DNA of 62,019 bases, the filler included, from Circinaria calcarea (lineage: Eukaryota): assembly GCA_051942165.1 (NCBI GenBank). It is 17 parts of 17 records of this genome, joined end to end, with 100 filler letters (N's around TTAATTAATTAA, not from the genome) between each part and the next. Parts side by side here need not be neighbours in the genome. Positions count along the whole stretch, not along the records: positions 1 to 3,562 come from JAVECS010002746.1; positions 3,663 to 7,224 come from JAVECS010002747.1; positions 7,325 to 10,884 come from JAVECS010002748.1; positions 10,985 to 14,544 come from JAVECS010002749.1; 13 more parts are not named here. One strand, given 5' to 3'. The position numbers and the translations under genes were made by a program. The notes beneath the pieces are model-generated. The model made no database searches and was not told where the DNA came from. It saw only the letters and a program-made list of their open reading frames with translations. Of this stretch, positions 1-12,468 are shown in pieces (the stretch's first letter is position 1; the number at the start of each line of letters is the position of its first letter).

Positions 1-2
1 AT

Positions 3-1193
3 GCTGAACTATTAGACGAGGAGCTTCTAGAATTGCTCAAGGGGCAAGTTGGAGAAGCTCTAAAGTATTTCGGTGTAGGGACTCAACACTCGCCAAAGAT
101 CGTAATCACTAATACTAGATAGTCACATATTCGAGATGAATGGTCCGCTGAAATATTACTTGCACTTCGAGCGGTCCTCTTCAAATTGTCAATCTGGGAT
201 CACAACGCGTCGTATGGCGCGGCACTACAAAACCTTCGCTACACAGACGCACGACAGATGGGCTTAGTACCTGTGCTGCCTTCGCGATGGCAGAAATCAT
301 TTTACGGGATCTTAACTGTTGGTGGACGTTATGCATGGAACAAATGGGAAGACTGGCTTGTTGAGCAGGAAGGAGGATACGAAGAGCCAACGGCCAACGT
401 TCGGTTACTATCACGCATATCTTCCATGTTGTCGACTACACACTCCCTCGCTGCATTCGCCTCATTTTTAGTCTTCCTGCTAAACGGGCGCTATCGAACA
501 CTAGTCGACCGTATCCTGCGCCTACGCCTCACGCCACCTGTGAATCAGGTCAGTCGTGAGGTCAGCTTCGAGTATCTAAACCGACAACTAGTATGGCATG
601 CTTTTACGGAGTTCTTGCTATTTCTCTTGCCTCTTGTTGGTATCAGTCGATGGAGGAGATGGCTTGCAAGAGCATGGCGGAAAACTAAATCCTCGATCAA
701 AGGAGCCGACGAACGGGACGTAGATGATTGGACGAAGACAGGAGAGCTAGCCTTTCTACCGGAAAGAACATGCGCAATATGCTATCACGATCAGAATCCT
801 ACCTCTACTTCCGAAACTGAGATACTTGCTCTCTCAGGTGCCTCCGGTGGAGTAATCGGCTCTGCACAAACAGATATTACAAATCCATATGAGATTAAAC
901 CTTGTGCCTGCGTCTATTGCTTCGTTTGTATTGCTACAAAACTCGAAGCGGAGGAAGGAGAAGGATGGACTTGTCTGAGGTGTGGAGAGTGGGTTAAAAC
1001 ATGTCGGCCTTGGGCTGGGGATGTGTTGGAAGAAGTCCGGAGATCTAGCACTAGGAAGGCTGTTACCTTTTCCGATGAGAAGGACAAGGAGAAGGATTTG
1101 CAGGAACTAGATCCCAAGGAATATCTACATGAAGGTGACGAATCTAAAGAGGATAAAGGAGCCAGACATGAGGGACATCCCGACAGAGCTTGA
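3..1193 (+). CDS. PEX2: Peroxin-2, RING-finger peroxisomal E3 ligase (5' partial)
   Basis: Exon to 74 reads AELLDEELLELLKGQVGEALKYFG. GT-AG intron at 75-122. Exon 123-1193 has YGAALQNLRY, GRYRTLVDR, VSFEYLNRQLVWHAFTEFLLF and a split RING (CAIC ... CACVYCFVC ... CLRC). Confidence 0.95.
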
Positions 1194-2486
1194 TCTTTGG
1201 CATTCCCAATCATGTCCTACCTTTCTAGGTCATGCGGCTCTTATTGTGGAGATTGAAGGCTTGACTCTATGATCAACTTTTGGGGTTTCCTGCTGGAGAG
1301 GGGTGCTTGAAACGTTGATCCGTCGAAGAGCTTAAACAATCTGGTTCGGTAAGCAACGCTTGTCTCAAGCAGTCACTCCTAACTGTTAACATCTTTACCA
1401 GCATCAACTTACTACTATTCAAGGCTTATAATACTACGCACCTGCAACTTCCTTATCCGCTATTCGAATCTATCTCCACATACCGCAATTCTACTCTCGC
1501 TGGATTAACATTCATCCGAGAAGAACCTCGTCAGAATGCTCTGGAAGGCGCCAAGCCACCAGATCTTCTAATCCCCTGTCCAAAGCACACTATACAACAA
1601 GCGTCAACCATTCTCTCGACCTAGAGAAAGCACCTAGCCCCGCTATAGCCAGTGATTCTCTAAAGGGGTTAAAATGCGCCTATTGAAGATATGGAGCACT
1701 CGCTGACGGTATAGCGGACGAGATTGAGGACATGGGTAGGCATACCCGAGCAGTTCCCGTGGCTGTAGGAGTTAATGAGCATACGACTTTGCAGTGGCCA
1801 CCGTGGCTTAGATATTGATATCCCCTTTTGGATCCGCATGGTTATTCGCAGATCAGGTGGATGGTATACCCTGATTCGTGGAGCCTGTGGTCGTGTACTT
1901 ACGGCAACGGAGATATGTTACAATTGGCGTCGGGTTGGAAGTTATCGGGGGAACTTACGGAAGATGTCTAACGGTATAATTGCATGCCCAACGAAAATAT
2001 GTTATCGCAAATAGCCAACACACAATTACCTACAATAAACCTTTCTTTTCCTTCCCTTGAATCTTCATCCTTTTTGAACAATCCACGTCCTCACTTTTCC
2101 CTACTTTCCTTCCCTCGACCATCTCTCTAAGCTCCCCAACTCCCAATTCCAACCCCATATCCTCGTAACGTAAAACCCCCACCCCATCCGTCCTAAGTTT
2201 AATAGGGTTGGTTGAAAATGGACTTGGTGGGGTTTGGAGATGGTGGGCTAGGTAGAGAGATGCCTGGAAAAAAAACCGGCGAGCAGCACGCTTTACAAGC
2301 GTAGGAGGACACGGGGAGTATATATCACCCCGAATTGTTTGGGTTCAAATCCCATTACCATAGCGGCTTGCCCTTTTTACCATAGCGCTGCGGCCTGGTG
2401 GTACCGTACCCCCGCGGTCTATTTTCTAGTGATTGTTAAAAGTTTAGCAGGGAGTGGCTTAAACAATGCATCAAGACGGTATTCAA

Positions 2487-2594
2487 TGTGTACGCAATAG
2501 TCGATATATTGTGTAACGTATGTGTACGCAATAGTCGATATATTGTGTAACGTATGTGTACGCAATAGTCGACATATTGTGTAATGTATGTGTA
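2487..2594. repeat. 34-bp minisatellite, about 3.2 copies
   Basis: Unit TGTGTACGCAATAGTCGATATATTGTGTAACGTA at 2487, 2521 and 2555. The third copy differs by two C/T transitions. Confidence 0.95.
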
Positions 2595-2982
2595 AGTCGT
2601 ATGGTTCGCAAAGTGTGCGCAGCCAAGGCAAGGGGAAAACTCTGCAGCCCACGCTAGTACTAATACAAGCAATACATAACTTTCGCATGGTATATACAGT
2701 ATGCTTGGCTCTCCATTCAACAGTAATATCTTTCTTTTGAGTCAGCCACCGAGGCGTTGCAAGAGCGTCCATCCAGCAATTGATATACCATATCCGGCTC
2801 GAACTCTCGGATTCGGGGCGTGTGATTTTCCACCTTGAAATTGAAGCCGTTCTTTATAGCTAGCTATGGTAGCTGTCAACGGTCAATTTCACCAAATCGG
2901 AGGCCAAAAAAAAAAAAAAAAAAAAAATTCTGGTACGATTTCCGTACCGTAATCGTACCCCACTACTAGACCTGCCAGTCTA

Positions 2983-3562
2983 GTACCCGACAGTCGCTTA
3001 ATAGAAAACAGTCGCATAATAGAACCCTATTTATTTTCTATTGCGTATGTTTATTTCTTTATATATTTTCTTCATATACGCATACCGTGCACGCTTATAT
3101 TTAAATCAACGCCTGCCTTCAGCTGCCACTAATTTTCTGAGCTTTACCTCTTTCGTATATACTGCTTTTTCTGCTTTTTTTATAATAGCTCTCGCCTGCG
3201 CTATTTCATCTTCCTGCCGTGCAACGATTCGTTCACGTGTATTTTTTATATATATTACCCCCCCTCTCTATACTACCCTATTAAAACCTCTCTTTCTTAC
3301 TGCACGTTCCAACTCCGCTTTCTATTACATAATAAACTAATTTTTAATTAATTAACCAAAATAAGCTCTAGCTATAACTCTTTTCATAAATTTCTAAAAT
3401 ATAATTTAAAAATTAAGGGGTACTATTAATATATTATTTTTAATAAATACATATTCCATTTTGCCTATATATTTATAAAGCTCTGGAATAGTACGTGGCG
3501 TATCGAAAAAAAAAAAATTTTCAAGAAAAAAAGGGGTAAATAAACGTGATTGAGAAAATTAC
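2983..3562 (-). mobile_element. RIP-degenerated Fot1/pogo-like (Tc1/mariner superfamily) DNA transposon, 3' end
   Basis: Terminal region with internal direct repeat ACAGTCGC(T/A)TAATAGAA at 2990 and 3008, next to a TA. The minus strand reads AELERAVRKRGFNRVV*RGGVIYIKNTRERIVARQEDE..., resembling the basic C-terminal 'VQxGGvxy' segment of Fot1-type transposases, with stops explicable as C>T/G>A. Strongly AT-rich. Confidence 0.6.
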
Positions 3563-3662
3563 NNNNNNNNNNNNNNNNNNNNNNNNNNNNNNNNNNNNNN
3601 NNNNNNTTAATTAATTAANNNNNNNNNNNNNNNNNNNNNNNNNNNNNNNNNNNNNNNNNNNN
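3563..3662. other. Artificial contig spacer N44-TTAATTAATTAA-N44 (first of 16)
   Basis: Identical 100-bp spacers start at 3563, 7225, 10885, 14545, 18205, 21864, 25521, 29177, 32833, 36489, 40143, 43796, 47449, 51096, 54738 and 58380. TTAATTAATTAA places stops in all six frames. Contig lengths never increase along the window. Confidence 0.98.
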
Positions 3663-3664
3663 GC

Positions 3665-3916
3665 AAGAAGGAAGCGGACCTTGACCGGAAGCCTGAAGAC
3701 CCGGTGTTAACGTTGAAGAACCGGGGAAGAGGGAAGAATAGCAGTTTGCGCAAGTACTTGAGGAAGAAAGGCAGTAAAGGCATCATTGATGAGAGGACAC
3801 TGAAGATTGATGCCTTACGAAAGGACACCAATATGAAGGCAAGGAAGAAGTTGAAGAAGGCCGAAGAGGAGTTAGGCCCCGCATTGGGAAGGTTCGCGCG
3901 AAAAGGAAGTTATTAG
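3665..3916 (+). CDS. UTP7: U3 snoRNP/SSU processome protein Utp7 (BING4 family), C-terminal fragment
   Basis: KNRGRGKNSSLRKYLRKKG..IIDE...LGPALGRF matches the Utp7/WDR46 C-terminus. 5' end cut by the contig start. Confidence 0.8.
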   Translation, partial: KKEADLDRKPEDPVLTLKNRGRGKNSSLRKYLRKKGSKGIIDERTLKIDALRKDTNMKARKKLKKAEEELGPALGRFARKGSY

Positions 3917-5046
3917 TCACTTCAAATGATACCCAATCCCGCATAGTAACGGCGTTTGTATTCACATGAGCATAGTGATTAAGGTTTGGTAGTAGGTACG
4001 TTCGTCCTACTACCTATCCTGTTAGTCACATTCAACCTCAGCTTCAACCAAATGCTCCCTCGTGACCTTTACGTTTAGCTCGGCGCAAGTGCGGTGTTTC
4101 TCTCTCTGCATCTTGATGCCTCCACAACCCCTTTGACTCTGTCGTAGTGCCTTCTGCGATAAACCATTACGAACTTTTCCACACATCAGTACCTTTGGTA
4201 CGCTATCATTGGCTGCCGACAAAGGCTTGCCAAGTCGACTGCGCCTAAATGCAGTCGTGGCCTCCCTTTCCGGACTAAAACGCGGGAGCACTCACTAACC
4301 AGCCACTAGAGGCTAACTTGGCATGTTTAGGGCGATCTATGCCTTCAGGCGCAACATCGTATCTGAGGCGTCCGAAGCAGCCAATCATCAGTCGAGACAT
4401 TCTCTTGGAATGCATTGACTTTTCCAGAACCCCATCCGACGGATCCCGCCAGAGACGCAGGGGCGCACTAGCCTCAGGGTCTGGGCCAAAAGGTGGGAGA
4501 AAGGAGATTGTCAATTTTGCTTCATCGCTTGCAGCCACGGACGATGGCAGGTTCGGGCGACTTGAAATGGGCCAAGACGGGCAACTACGACTTGGGCAAG
4601 GGCTATGTCAATAAAGGCACTCGGACATGAGGCTCAAAGGGTGGTTGTGCTGGGTTGATTGGGCGATAAGGCCCAGCTATTTTGGGGCCTCCTCGATGGA
4701 TGGGGAACTCAAGTCCGATCTGAGCCACTCTGCTTTGTCTCAAATACCCGCACAAGATCAAACTAAGGGAAGAAAGCATAAGCGTCCCCCGGTCGATCTT
4801 GCCTCTGCAGAGGCGAACACGGTGAACTGAAAAGCCTATGGTGTTGCGCGTCTTCGGTCGGCCGCCGTCGTAGATTTTGCCCCTGGGTACTCAGACTCCG
4901 CTCTACTAGCAGGCCCTTTCCCCAATATCCCGTGCACCTCGGATTCCTGAACTCTGCACTGCTCTCAAAACCTCCTTTGATTGCAACATGCAGCAGAAGT
5001 TTTCCCATAGCTACTCTCGTCAACTTCCTTCAATTCCCCAGTCGCC

Positions 5047-7224
5047 ATGGATCGTAACCAAATCCTCAGTCGCCGGACCATCGAGGGCCGCATCGCGGAC
5101 GGTCAGGTTATTGTCATAACAGAAGGGAATGTCCTTCGACTCGATGGCTGGCTCGAAAAGCACCCGGGGGGTCATCTTGCTATCTTGCACATGGTGGGGC
5201 GAGATGCGAGCGACGAGATCAATGTGTAAATAGCCCATTCCACATCCGTCACATTATCTTCAAATGCATCCTCCCACGATCGGCCAGGGATGAAGAGCTA
5301 AACTTAAGCTTATTTGCGATGCTTGGTCTTCATGCGGCGTGGGCATGGTCATTATGTCACTGTTGGCTTCTTTTCATGGCTGTTGACCGGATTATCAGTC
5401 CGATCGCCTGGGGAATCTCTAATTTTGGCGGCTGACAAAACAAATTGTTACTGCAGGTACCATTCCGCCGAGACCCTGCGACTCATGAAAGCCTACCGGA
5501 TAGGCCGGATCACCCAACCCTGGATCAACTTCGAACCCCCCATCAGAGGAGGCGTTTACCGCAAACCTGTCGAGGAGGATGCCGACGGTGCCGTTTCTTC
5601 GGAAGATGATGACCTAAGCGTGGCTTCGAACTCGATTCTGGGATCCTTTAACTCGAGCAGCACCAGCCTCAACCTTCTCGATGCCTCACAACTCGAATGC
5701 AGCAAAGCTGGTTCGGATGCTGCCAAGAATCGCGTTTCGGAGGACAAGACCGGTAATAATGGAAGGGAAAGGGAAGTGGGATCGGATTCGGATTCGGACA
5801 CCTATCGTCGGCGGCCATTTCAAGCAGGAGATGACATCCAAGCTGCATACTCTCCGTCTCCTTCGCCTATCATGTCAGGGCTACATACTCCCGTCGACCT
5901 CATCGCATCCGAGCTGGCTTTGAATGAGGTTGGCCATGGCAGTGCGACAAGGAAATCTTCACATCCTGCGATCGCGGTGTCGCCAGCGCCTTATGCTTCT
6001 GCGGACATCTACTCGTCTATCGCAATACAAAAGGAAATCGACGACGATACCCGAAACTATCCATCAGTGGATCTGGAAACGCAACGAACCATCACTTTGA
6101 AATACCAAGCTTTACATCAGCGAGTCAAGAATGAGGGCTTTTATGATTGTCGATATACGGAGTATGCCAAGGAGCTTATTCGTTATTCTATACTGTTTGC
6201 GATTTTCTTTACTGCCCTGCGATATGAGTGGTATTTGACTTCGGCAGCCTTCCTGGGCTTATTTTGGGTGAGTCAATGGCCGGAACAGCACTGGGTTAAA
6301 ACCGCAGCTGACGATTGCAGCATCAAATTATGTTTACCGCTCACGACGCAGGTCATCGAGGTATCACCCACAACTTCATCGCTGATACCTTGATCGGCAT
6401 GTTTGTCGCGGACTTTTGCTGTGGCCTCTCAATCGGATGGTGGAAGAGCAGCCACAATGTGCATCATCTTGTTACAAACCACCCTGTGAGTCTTCTTCCT
6501 CTCGCTGCGTCATTGGATCTCAAGCACGGATTTCTGCACTACATCTACGGAAGCCTTGAGCAACTGCCTATCTTTCTCCTTCACATTTACTACGTACTGA
6601 CAAAATCCCCTGAATTCTCTCTTCAATCCTTCATTAATTTGCGCCTGTACGCGAATTCCTGTATTCAACTAAGCAAGAGCTTTGTCAGTTAGCAGCTGTC
6701 TCTCTCTTGACCATCTTACCATGCAAACCACTGCTAACCCCACCTTCCAACCAGGAACACGACCCCGACATCCAAAATGTCCCTCTCTTCGCCACTTCTC
6801 CTTCATTCTTTAAATCCGTGCACTCCTCCTACTACAACTTTACCTTCGCTTGGGATGCCTTTGCCTCCATCGCTGTCAAATACCAAAAGTACACGTACTA
6901 CCCTGTTATGGGCATCGCCCGCTTCAACCTCTACCTCCTTTCCTGGCTACACCTCCTCTCCCCACGTTCCGCCAACCTCGGCTCGGCCGCCTGGACTCGA
7001 CCGACAGAAATCGGCTTCATGCTCTGCTACTGGTTCCTGTTCGGTTACTGTCTCCTTTGGCGCTCCATCCCCACGTGGACAGAGCGCGTTCTCTTCGTCC
7101 TAGTCTCCCACATCATTACCATGCCCCTGCACGTGCAAATCACCCTCTCCCACTGGGGCATGCCTACCGCCGACCTCGGCGCCCTCGAATCTTTTCCCCA
7201 ACGCCAACTTCGTACCACCATGGA
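5047..7224 (+). CDS. SLD1: Cytochrome b5-fused sphingolipid delta-8 desaturase (3' partial)
   Basis: Exons 5047-5225, 5457-6267, 6321-6485 and 6755-7224 with GT-AG introns. b5 motif HPGG, His boxes HDAGH and HNVHH, plus PLHVQITLSHWGM and QLRTTM. Confidence 0.9.
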
Positions 7225-7325
7225 NNNNNNNNNNNNNNNNNNNNNNNNNNNNNNNNNNNNNNNNNNNNTTAATTAATTAANNNNNNNNNNNNNNNNNNNN
7301 NNNNNNNNNNNNNNNNNNNNNNNNT

Positions 7326-7727
7326 CATACCAACGTCTCCACTGCTGAAATGCGCGCGGAAGGTGGGATGAAGCACATTGAAGCTGCAATGAAAAACCTA
7401 GAAAAGCGCCACGAGGATCACATGCTGGTATACGGTGAAGGCAACCGAGATCGTCTGACTGGTCAACACGAGACTGGAAACATCGAGAAATTCAGTTGGG
7501 GGGTAGCGGATCGTGGTGCCAGTATTCGTGTTCCGCGTCAATGTGCAAAGGAAGGAAAGGGTTACTTCGAGGACAGGAGACCAGCTAGTAACGCTGATCC
7601 TTACCAGATTATTGGTATCATTGTAGAGACGGTAGGTCGTTGTGCAACCGCCAAATGGCAATTACTAACAAACACGTAGATGTTCGGGGGTTTACCAGAT
7701 AGCACCTTGGAAAAGGGCACCAACTAA
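7326..7727 (+). CDS. GLN1: Glutamine synthetase, C-terminal part
   Basis: HTNVST...RLTGQHETG...[13 protein letters not shown]...[15 protein letters not shown]. Intron 7632-7679. Last exon [15 protein letters not shown]. Confidence 0.95.
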
Positions 7728-8695
7728 GCCTTCTTCGTCAAATCAGAACTCTAAACATATGCCCTTAGTCTTAGAAATCTGCATCTGGTCCATGGTCGCG
7801 AAACTTGCGATCTTGATTTTTGGGGGCTTAGTCTTACATACGAGCCGCAATTGTGCTACACATGGGTAGTTTAGACGGTTTGGATGAAGCAGCATAGTTA
7901 CATATGTCTGCTCAGTGGCTTAAGATACCACTGCTACAGAATAGGGACCGTCAATAAATTAATTCCTATCGAATGACTCAACACACTTTGCTCCTTTACC
8001 TTTGTGAGAACTGGGTTCAACCTGTCAATTGTAGTATGAGAACCCTACTTTTCTATGCACATGTGCAGCTTATATCGCTATCGGTTTAAGACTGGTGGAT
8101 CGTGCGAGACGGTCAATGAGGTTTTCCACTCATAAAATAACTGGGTGTACACAATGATCACGCTGCAGAAGCTTTATTAAACTTATAGGATTAATGCGTC
8201 ATATGAATCTTCAGAATACTAAGATGTGTAATAGGCAGAAAATTTCTTAGGGGTAAGTAGTAAACAGAGAGAGAGAACATCATTAGGGTTTTAATCTCGG
8301 CTACGAAAGTTTCTCTTTTAAACGGAGCTCCTGGGTTTAGGGCGTTTGACATGTTTTAAATGTGTACCTGGTACACTACTGCTGAGACCCTCGTAGGAGT
8401 ATATGAAGAACTACGGCAATGGTCATTGTGTGGTGTTGAAACCGTTAATGAGAAATATGGTGTCCCGAGAGCTATTTTGAACCAGTTGTATTTTTATCAC
8501 CTTATATGTTAAACTAATCTACTCCCAACCCTACCCTCCTCTAGTTATTCGGCACTTGAGGCACTGAGATTCCTTCTATTCTCACTATGGCTACCCTGCG
8601 TCATTCGTCACTCACCTGGTCACTGTTCACCTGAACTTGAATCTCAAGTTGATACCTCTACATAACCACGGAGAATCCCTAACCAAAGCCCGAAG

Positions 8696-10884
8696 ATGTC
8701 AACACCGTCTTCTACCCCCCATTCTCATCCTGCTCCTCCACACTCCAAGCCAACCCCCCGCCCCACGAACCAAGGGCTCACACCCAATTCCGTTTCCGCT
8801 TCATCACCTCCGGCAAGTGGTCCTCGCTCTGTCCCCTCGCCAGCATACCTCAATGCCCCTTCTACGTCAACGGCTTCTCGCGGGGGAAAGTCACCATACA
8901 AGGCACCTGCGACGGGGACGCCGGGTTTGACCGGACTTGCAGGCACACCGGTGGGGCTTCCTACGAGCAGTCCTGTTGCTGGAGGGGTGCTCGGAGATGG
9001 ACGCGGAAGAGGAGGAAGAAGTGGTACCGGAAGTGAGCTTGGATTAGGAGGGGGAACACCGGGTGTCAGTGGATTAGGGGGCCTTGGGATTGCGAGCTTA
9101 GGCGATGGTCTGGGTGGTGGGCAAATGGGTCACGGGAGGGGTGTGGCCGGAGTAGCGGGATTAGGATTACTAGATGCGACAAGCCTGGGCGGGCTAGGTA
9201 TCAGAGATAACGAGCAAGAGCGACAGCGCAGGTTAGCTGGCATAGTCAACCTGCTAGGGACGAAATGGGGGCGAGTCAGCCAGGAGGGGGTGGAAAGATG
9301 TGCGAGAAGACTCGGTTTAGAACGTCTATGGGAGTATGGCGGTTCATATGCTGTTTCTGGGGAGAAGAGTGGGACCCTGAGTATCGCTGGAGATGGCTTG
9401 TTGGTCGAGGTGGAGTTTGTGGGAGAGGCTGTGAAGGGCGTGGTGTTGAGTCTCCCGGGCAGTGGAGAGGGAGTTGCGAGATCGACGGGAGGAGGAGCAG
9501 AGATTTTGAGGAAAGATCTTTCCGGCGAGGGAAAGCTGGGTTATACGTATTTGGATGCATTTGCAGAAAATCTGGCGGGGTTGGCGAGGCTGGATCAACT
9601 AGGGAAGGAGGGAGTGAGCTGTTTCGATGCGATTGAAGGGGTTTATGGGAGCTTGTGTAGGTTGTATGAGTGGGAGATGGAGAAGACGAGACAGGACGAG
9701 ATGGAAAGGGAGAGGATTGTAAGAGAGGTTCAGTGCAAGCAGAGCGGAAGACCGAGGATGCACGCCGATGGCAAGATTGGGCTGCGACTGGATTACTGGA
9801 TGGAGAGGAGGCTTATCCCTTCTAGAAAGAGAAAGGCAGACGAGATGGAAATTGATGAACCGACGAAGCAAGACGACATCGAACCAGACGAGAAATCACG
9901 CGTCTGGTCTGCACTAATCGACTGCGAAGCTTCGCCTGCTGCGCTTTATCCATCAATCCGAGTCTCCGACGCCTGGGTGTCCCAAAGCGTTGGAAAGACA
10001 ATGTCCATCGATGAAGAGCTCTTCGCGTCCAACGACCGACTCATCGACTGGCTGGATCCTCCACCCACTTTCGTCAACCAGCAAGATCCTCAAGGCGATG
10101 CCATGAACATCGACTCTGCCACCCTACTTCCCACCCGCCTGCCGAACATCCGCTTCGCTGCCCGTCTCCACCCCCCAGTCATTGTCCCCTTGCAAACCGC
10201 CATTCAGATTTACAGCAGCGTCGGCGCGCCCTTGATGCAAGACTCCATACAGTCCACCACCTACACCTCTCTCCTCTTCCCCACAGCCAATTCGTCACAG
10301 CCACCACCTGGACCCACAACTCCCTACTCGGCGAATTCCACCCTCCACTTCTCCAAAATCATCCATTCCTTCTCCGCAGAAGACAGCACGCCCATTCCCC
10401 ACCACCACGACTACACGCTCTTCACCCCGCATCACGACTGGGCGCGCACCATTTCGGAAATCCCCTTTGAGCATCCGCGACAGCTGACCCTCCTGCTTCC
10501 CATTCTCCGCCAATGGGCCTTGCTGGGCAGCATCCTCCAACGGACCTTCTCCCCCAATTCAACAAATAACACGCGAAATCCCACCTACCATAACCGCGAT
10601 CGCAAATGTCCGCGCTCTTCCTCCTCCTCCCCTCCGCAAACACCTTCAGACACCGACTCATCCCCTTCCTCTTCCTCTCCCCCTTCCCCTTCATCCCCGA
10701 CTTCTCCCTTTTCCTCTTCTCCCCCTTCCCCACTGTCGTCTGCACCTCCCTCGCTTCGCAAAATCGACATTGCGCTCTCCTTGCATCCGCTCCCGCGGCT
10801 GACGGTCATCACGACGGGCTTTAGTGCGACAGTACAGGTTGGTGCAAATGGAGATGTTGAAGTCGTGGAGGGGGAGGGTGACGG
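8696..10884 (+). CDS. MED1: Mediator complex subunit 1 (3' partial)
   Basis: Long uninterrupted ORF. S/T/P/G-rich N-terminus, then ERQRRLAGIVNLL..GRVSQEGVERCARRLGLE..TLSIAG..LLVEVEF, SGRPRMH..IGLRLDYW and EIPFEHPRQL..LLPILRQWA, all typical of fungal Med1. Confidence 0.85.
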
Positions 10885-10984
10885 NNNNNNNNNNNNNNNN
10901 NNNNNNNNNNNNNNNNNNNNNNNNNNNNTTAATTAATTAANNNNNNNNNNNNNNNNNNNNNNNNNNNNNNNNNNNNNNNNNNNN

Positions 10985-11656
10985 GCTCATGCTCAATAGA
11001 TGGTTAATCCGAGGCTAGTGGAAGTCCCAAAAACCAAAAAAAACTACCATACCGAACTTGACATTAAACCGCCAAAAGTGTTGTTTTCCGCTCCATGACC
11101 GATCCCTCCAACGACCCCCTATCCCACCGAATATCCGCCCTCGGCATCCGTCGATCAACCCAGCCATCTATTTCCGTCTTCGACGTCGAAGTCTGCAACG
11201 AAAACTCAGACTGACTCAGGCGAAGACGAAGAGGGAACAGGAATAGGAACGGTGAGGGTAATGGTGCTGGGGTAATGGTGCCGGGGTGATAAGCGCGGCT
11301 GTATTTACGGGTGTGGGTGCGGGTGTGGGTGGAGGAGGAGAAAGAGGAGGAGGATACTATTTAAAAAAGAGCGATTAAGGGCTATATATATACTACATGA
11401 GTCGTTTTTGAGACGATGAAAAGGGCCAGGGAAACGAGAGGAGAAAGAAGAGAGAGGGGAGAGCTTGGAGCAAATTCAAAAACTCTCTTGCTTTCGGGGG
11501 AACACGCCACAGATTTTTCAATTCAAGCCTTGGAAAGAAATTCTCGTGCTGTTGCTATGCTATGGCTACCTTCCTACCTGCTCATGCTCATGCTCATGCT
11601 CATGCTCAATAGATGGTTAATCCGAGGCTAGTGGAAGTCCCAAAAACCAAAAAAAA
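10985..11656. repeat. 59-bp perfect direct repeat (10985-11043 and 11598-11656)
   Basis: GCTCATGCTCAATAGATGGTTAATCCGAGGCTAGTGGAAGTCCCAAAAACC-A8 occurs twice, 613 bp apart. The second copy is preceded by (GCTCAT)n. The first copy starts at the contig edge. Confidence 0.93.
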
Positions 11657-12269
11657 TAACTTCCACGGGATATCCATCCATCCATCCATCCGTAACGTCA
11701 ACATCCGTTAGGAAAAAAGAAAGCGGGCCAATCTGCACATCGCCCCTTTTTAAATCTCTAAGAACCGATTTTCCATTTTTCCGGGGGTTTTTGCCGGGGA
11801 GGATAGGGGCCCGTAAACGCGCCTCTTTTTTTTGGCTTCCTAAGGGACGAATAATAGTTTGGTATAAGTTACTATTACACAAAGTGAACGGAAAAATTGG
11901 TAGTACTTAGAATTGAAAGAGAAAAGGGGTGGGGTTAACGCGCATAGCATGGCGCGTGGCATGTGGCGCGTTGCGCAAAAATCACTCGATTAGAAATTAC
12001 TCGCCAGCCATGCGCGCGCGCGTTAGTGCCACTCTGCTGTACGCTCACACATGCTCACACACGCATTTCTCGCAAAAGCGCCCACACACGCGAAATAAAG
12101 GTGCCAGCCCAGCCCAGTCCAGCCCCGAAAACCGCGGCCCCCCCTTTTCCCCCCTGAGAACTCCATGCGATTACGGCTAGAACCCCATACTCCCGTAACC
12201 CGGCGCTGATGCTGGCTTTATTCCGGGGGGGTTTTTTTGGGTTGCGCCCTGATCGAAGGTTCTCCCTAT

Positions 12270-12374
12270 GTTGAGCGTTGAGCGTTGAGTGTTGAGTGTT
12301 GAGTGTTGAGTGCTGAGCGTTGAGCGTTGAGCGTTGAGCGCTGAGCGTTGAGCGTTGAGTGTTGAGTGTTGAGC
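12270..12374. repeat. 7-bp tandem repeat (GTTGAGY) x15
   Basis: Directly visible. Variants are GTTGAGC, GTTGAGT and GCTGAGC. Confidence 0.95.
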
Positions 12375-12468
12375 ATTAAGGGTGGAAATGTTTCAAAGTG
12401 CATAAAAATGCCGATGGATGGAAAGAGGGAAAGAGGGGGTGAAGGGATTGGGGGAAGTCGACCGACTG

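Noticed and set aside
2281..2360. tRNA-like GGGTTCAAATCCC..ACCA
   Set aside because: The B-box matches, but no A-box, D-arm or acceptor stem can be built.
3607..3618. TTAATTAATTAA palindromes and ORFs running into X residues
   Set aside because: These are artificial spacer sequence.
4022..5023. Short ORFs between UTP7 and SLD1
   Set aside because: No recognisable motifs or splice-consistent model. Likely intergenic or promoter sequence.
5560..6000. Long acidic/Ser-rich insert in SLD1
   Set aside because: A disordered linker between the b5 and desaturase domains is usual in filamentous-fungal orthologues.
8280..8345. Isolated TTAGGG hexamers
   Set aside because: Not tandem, and expected by chance.
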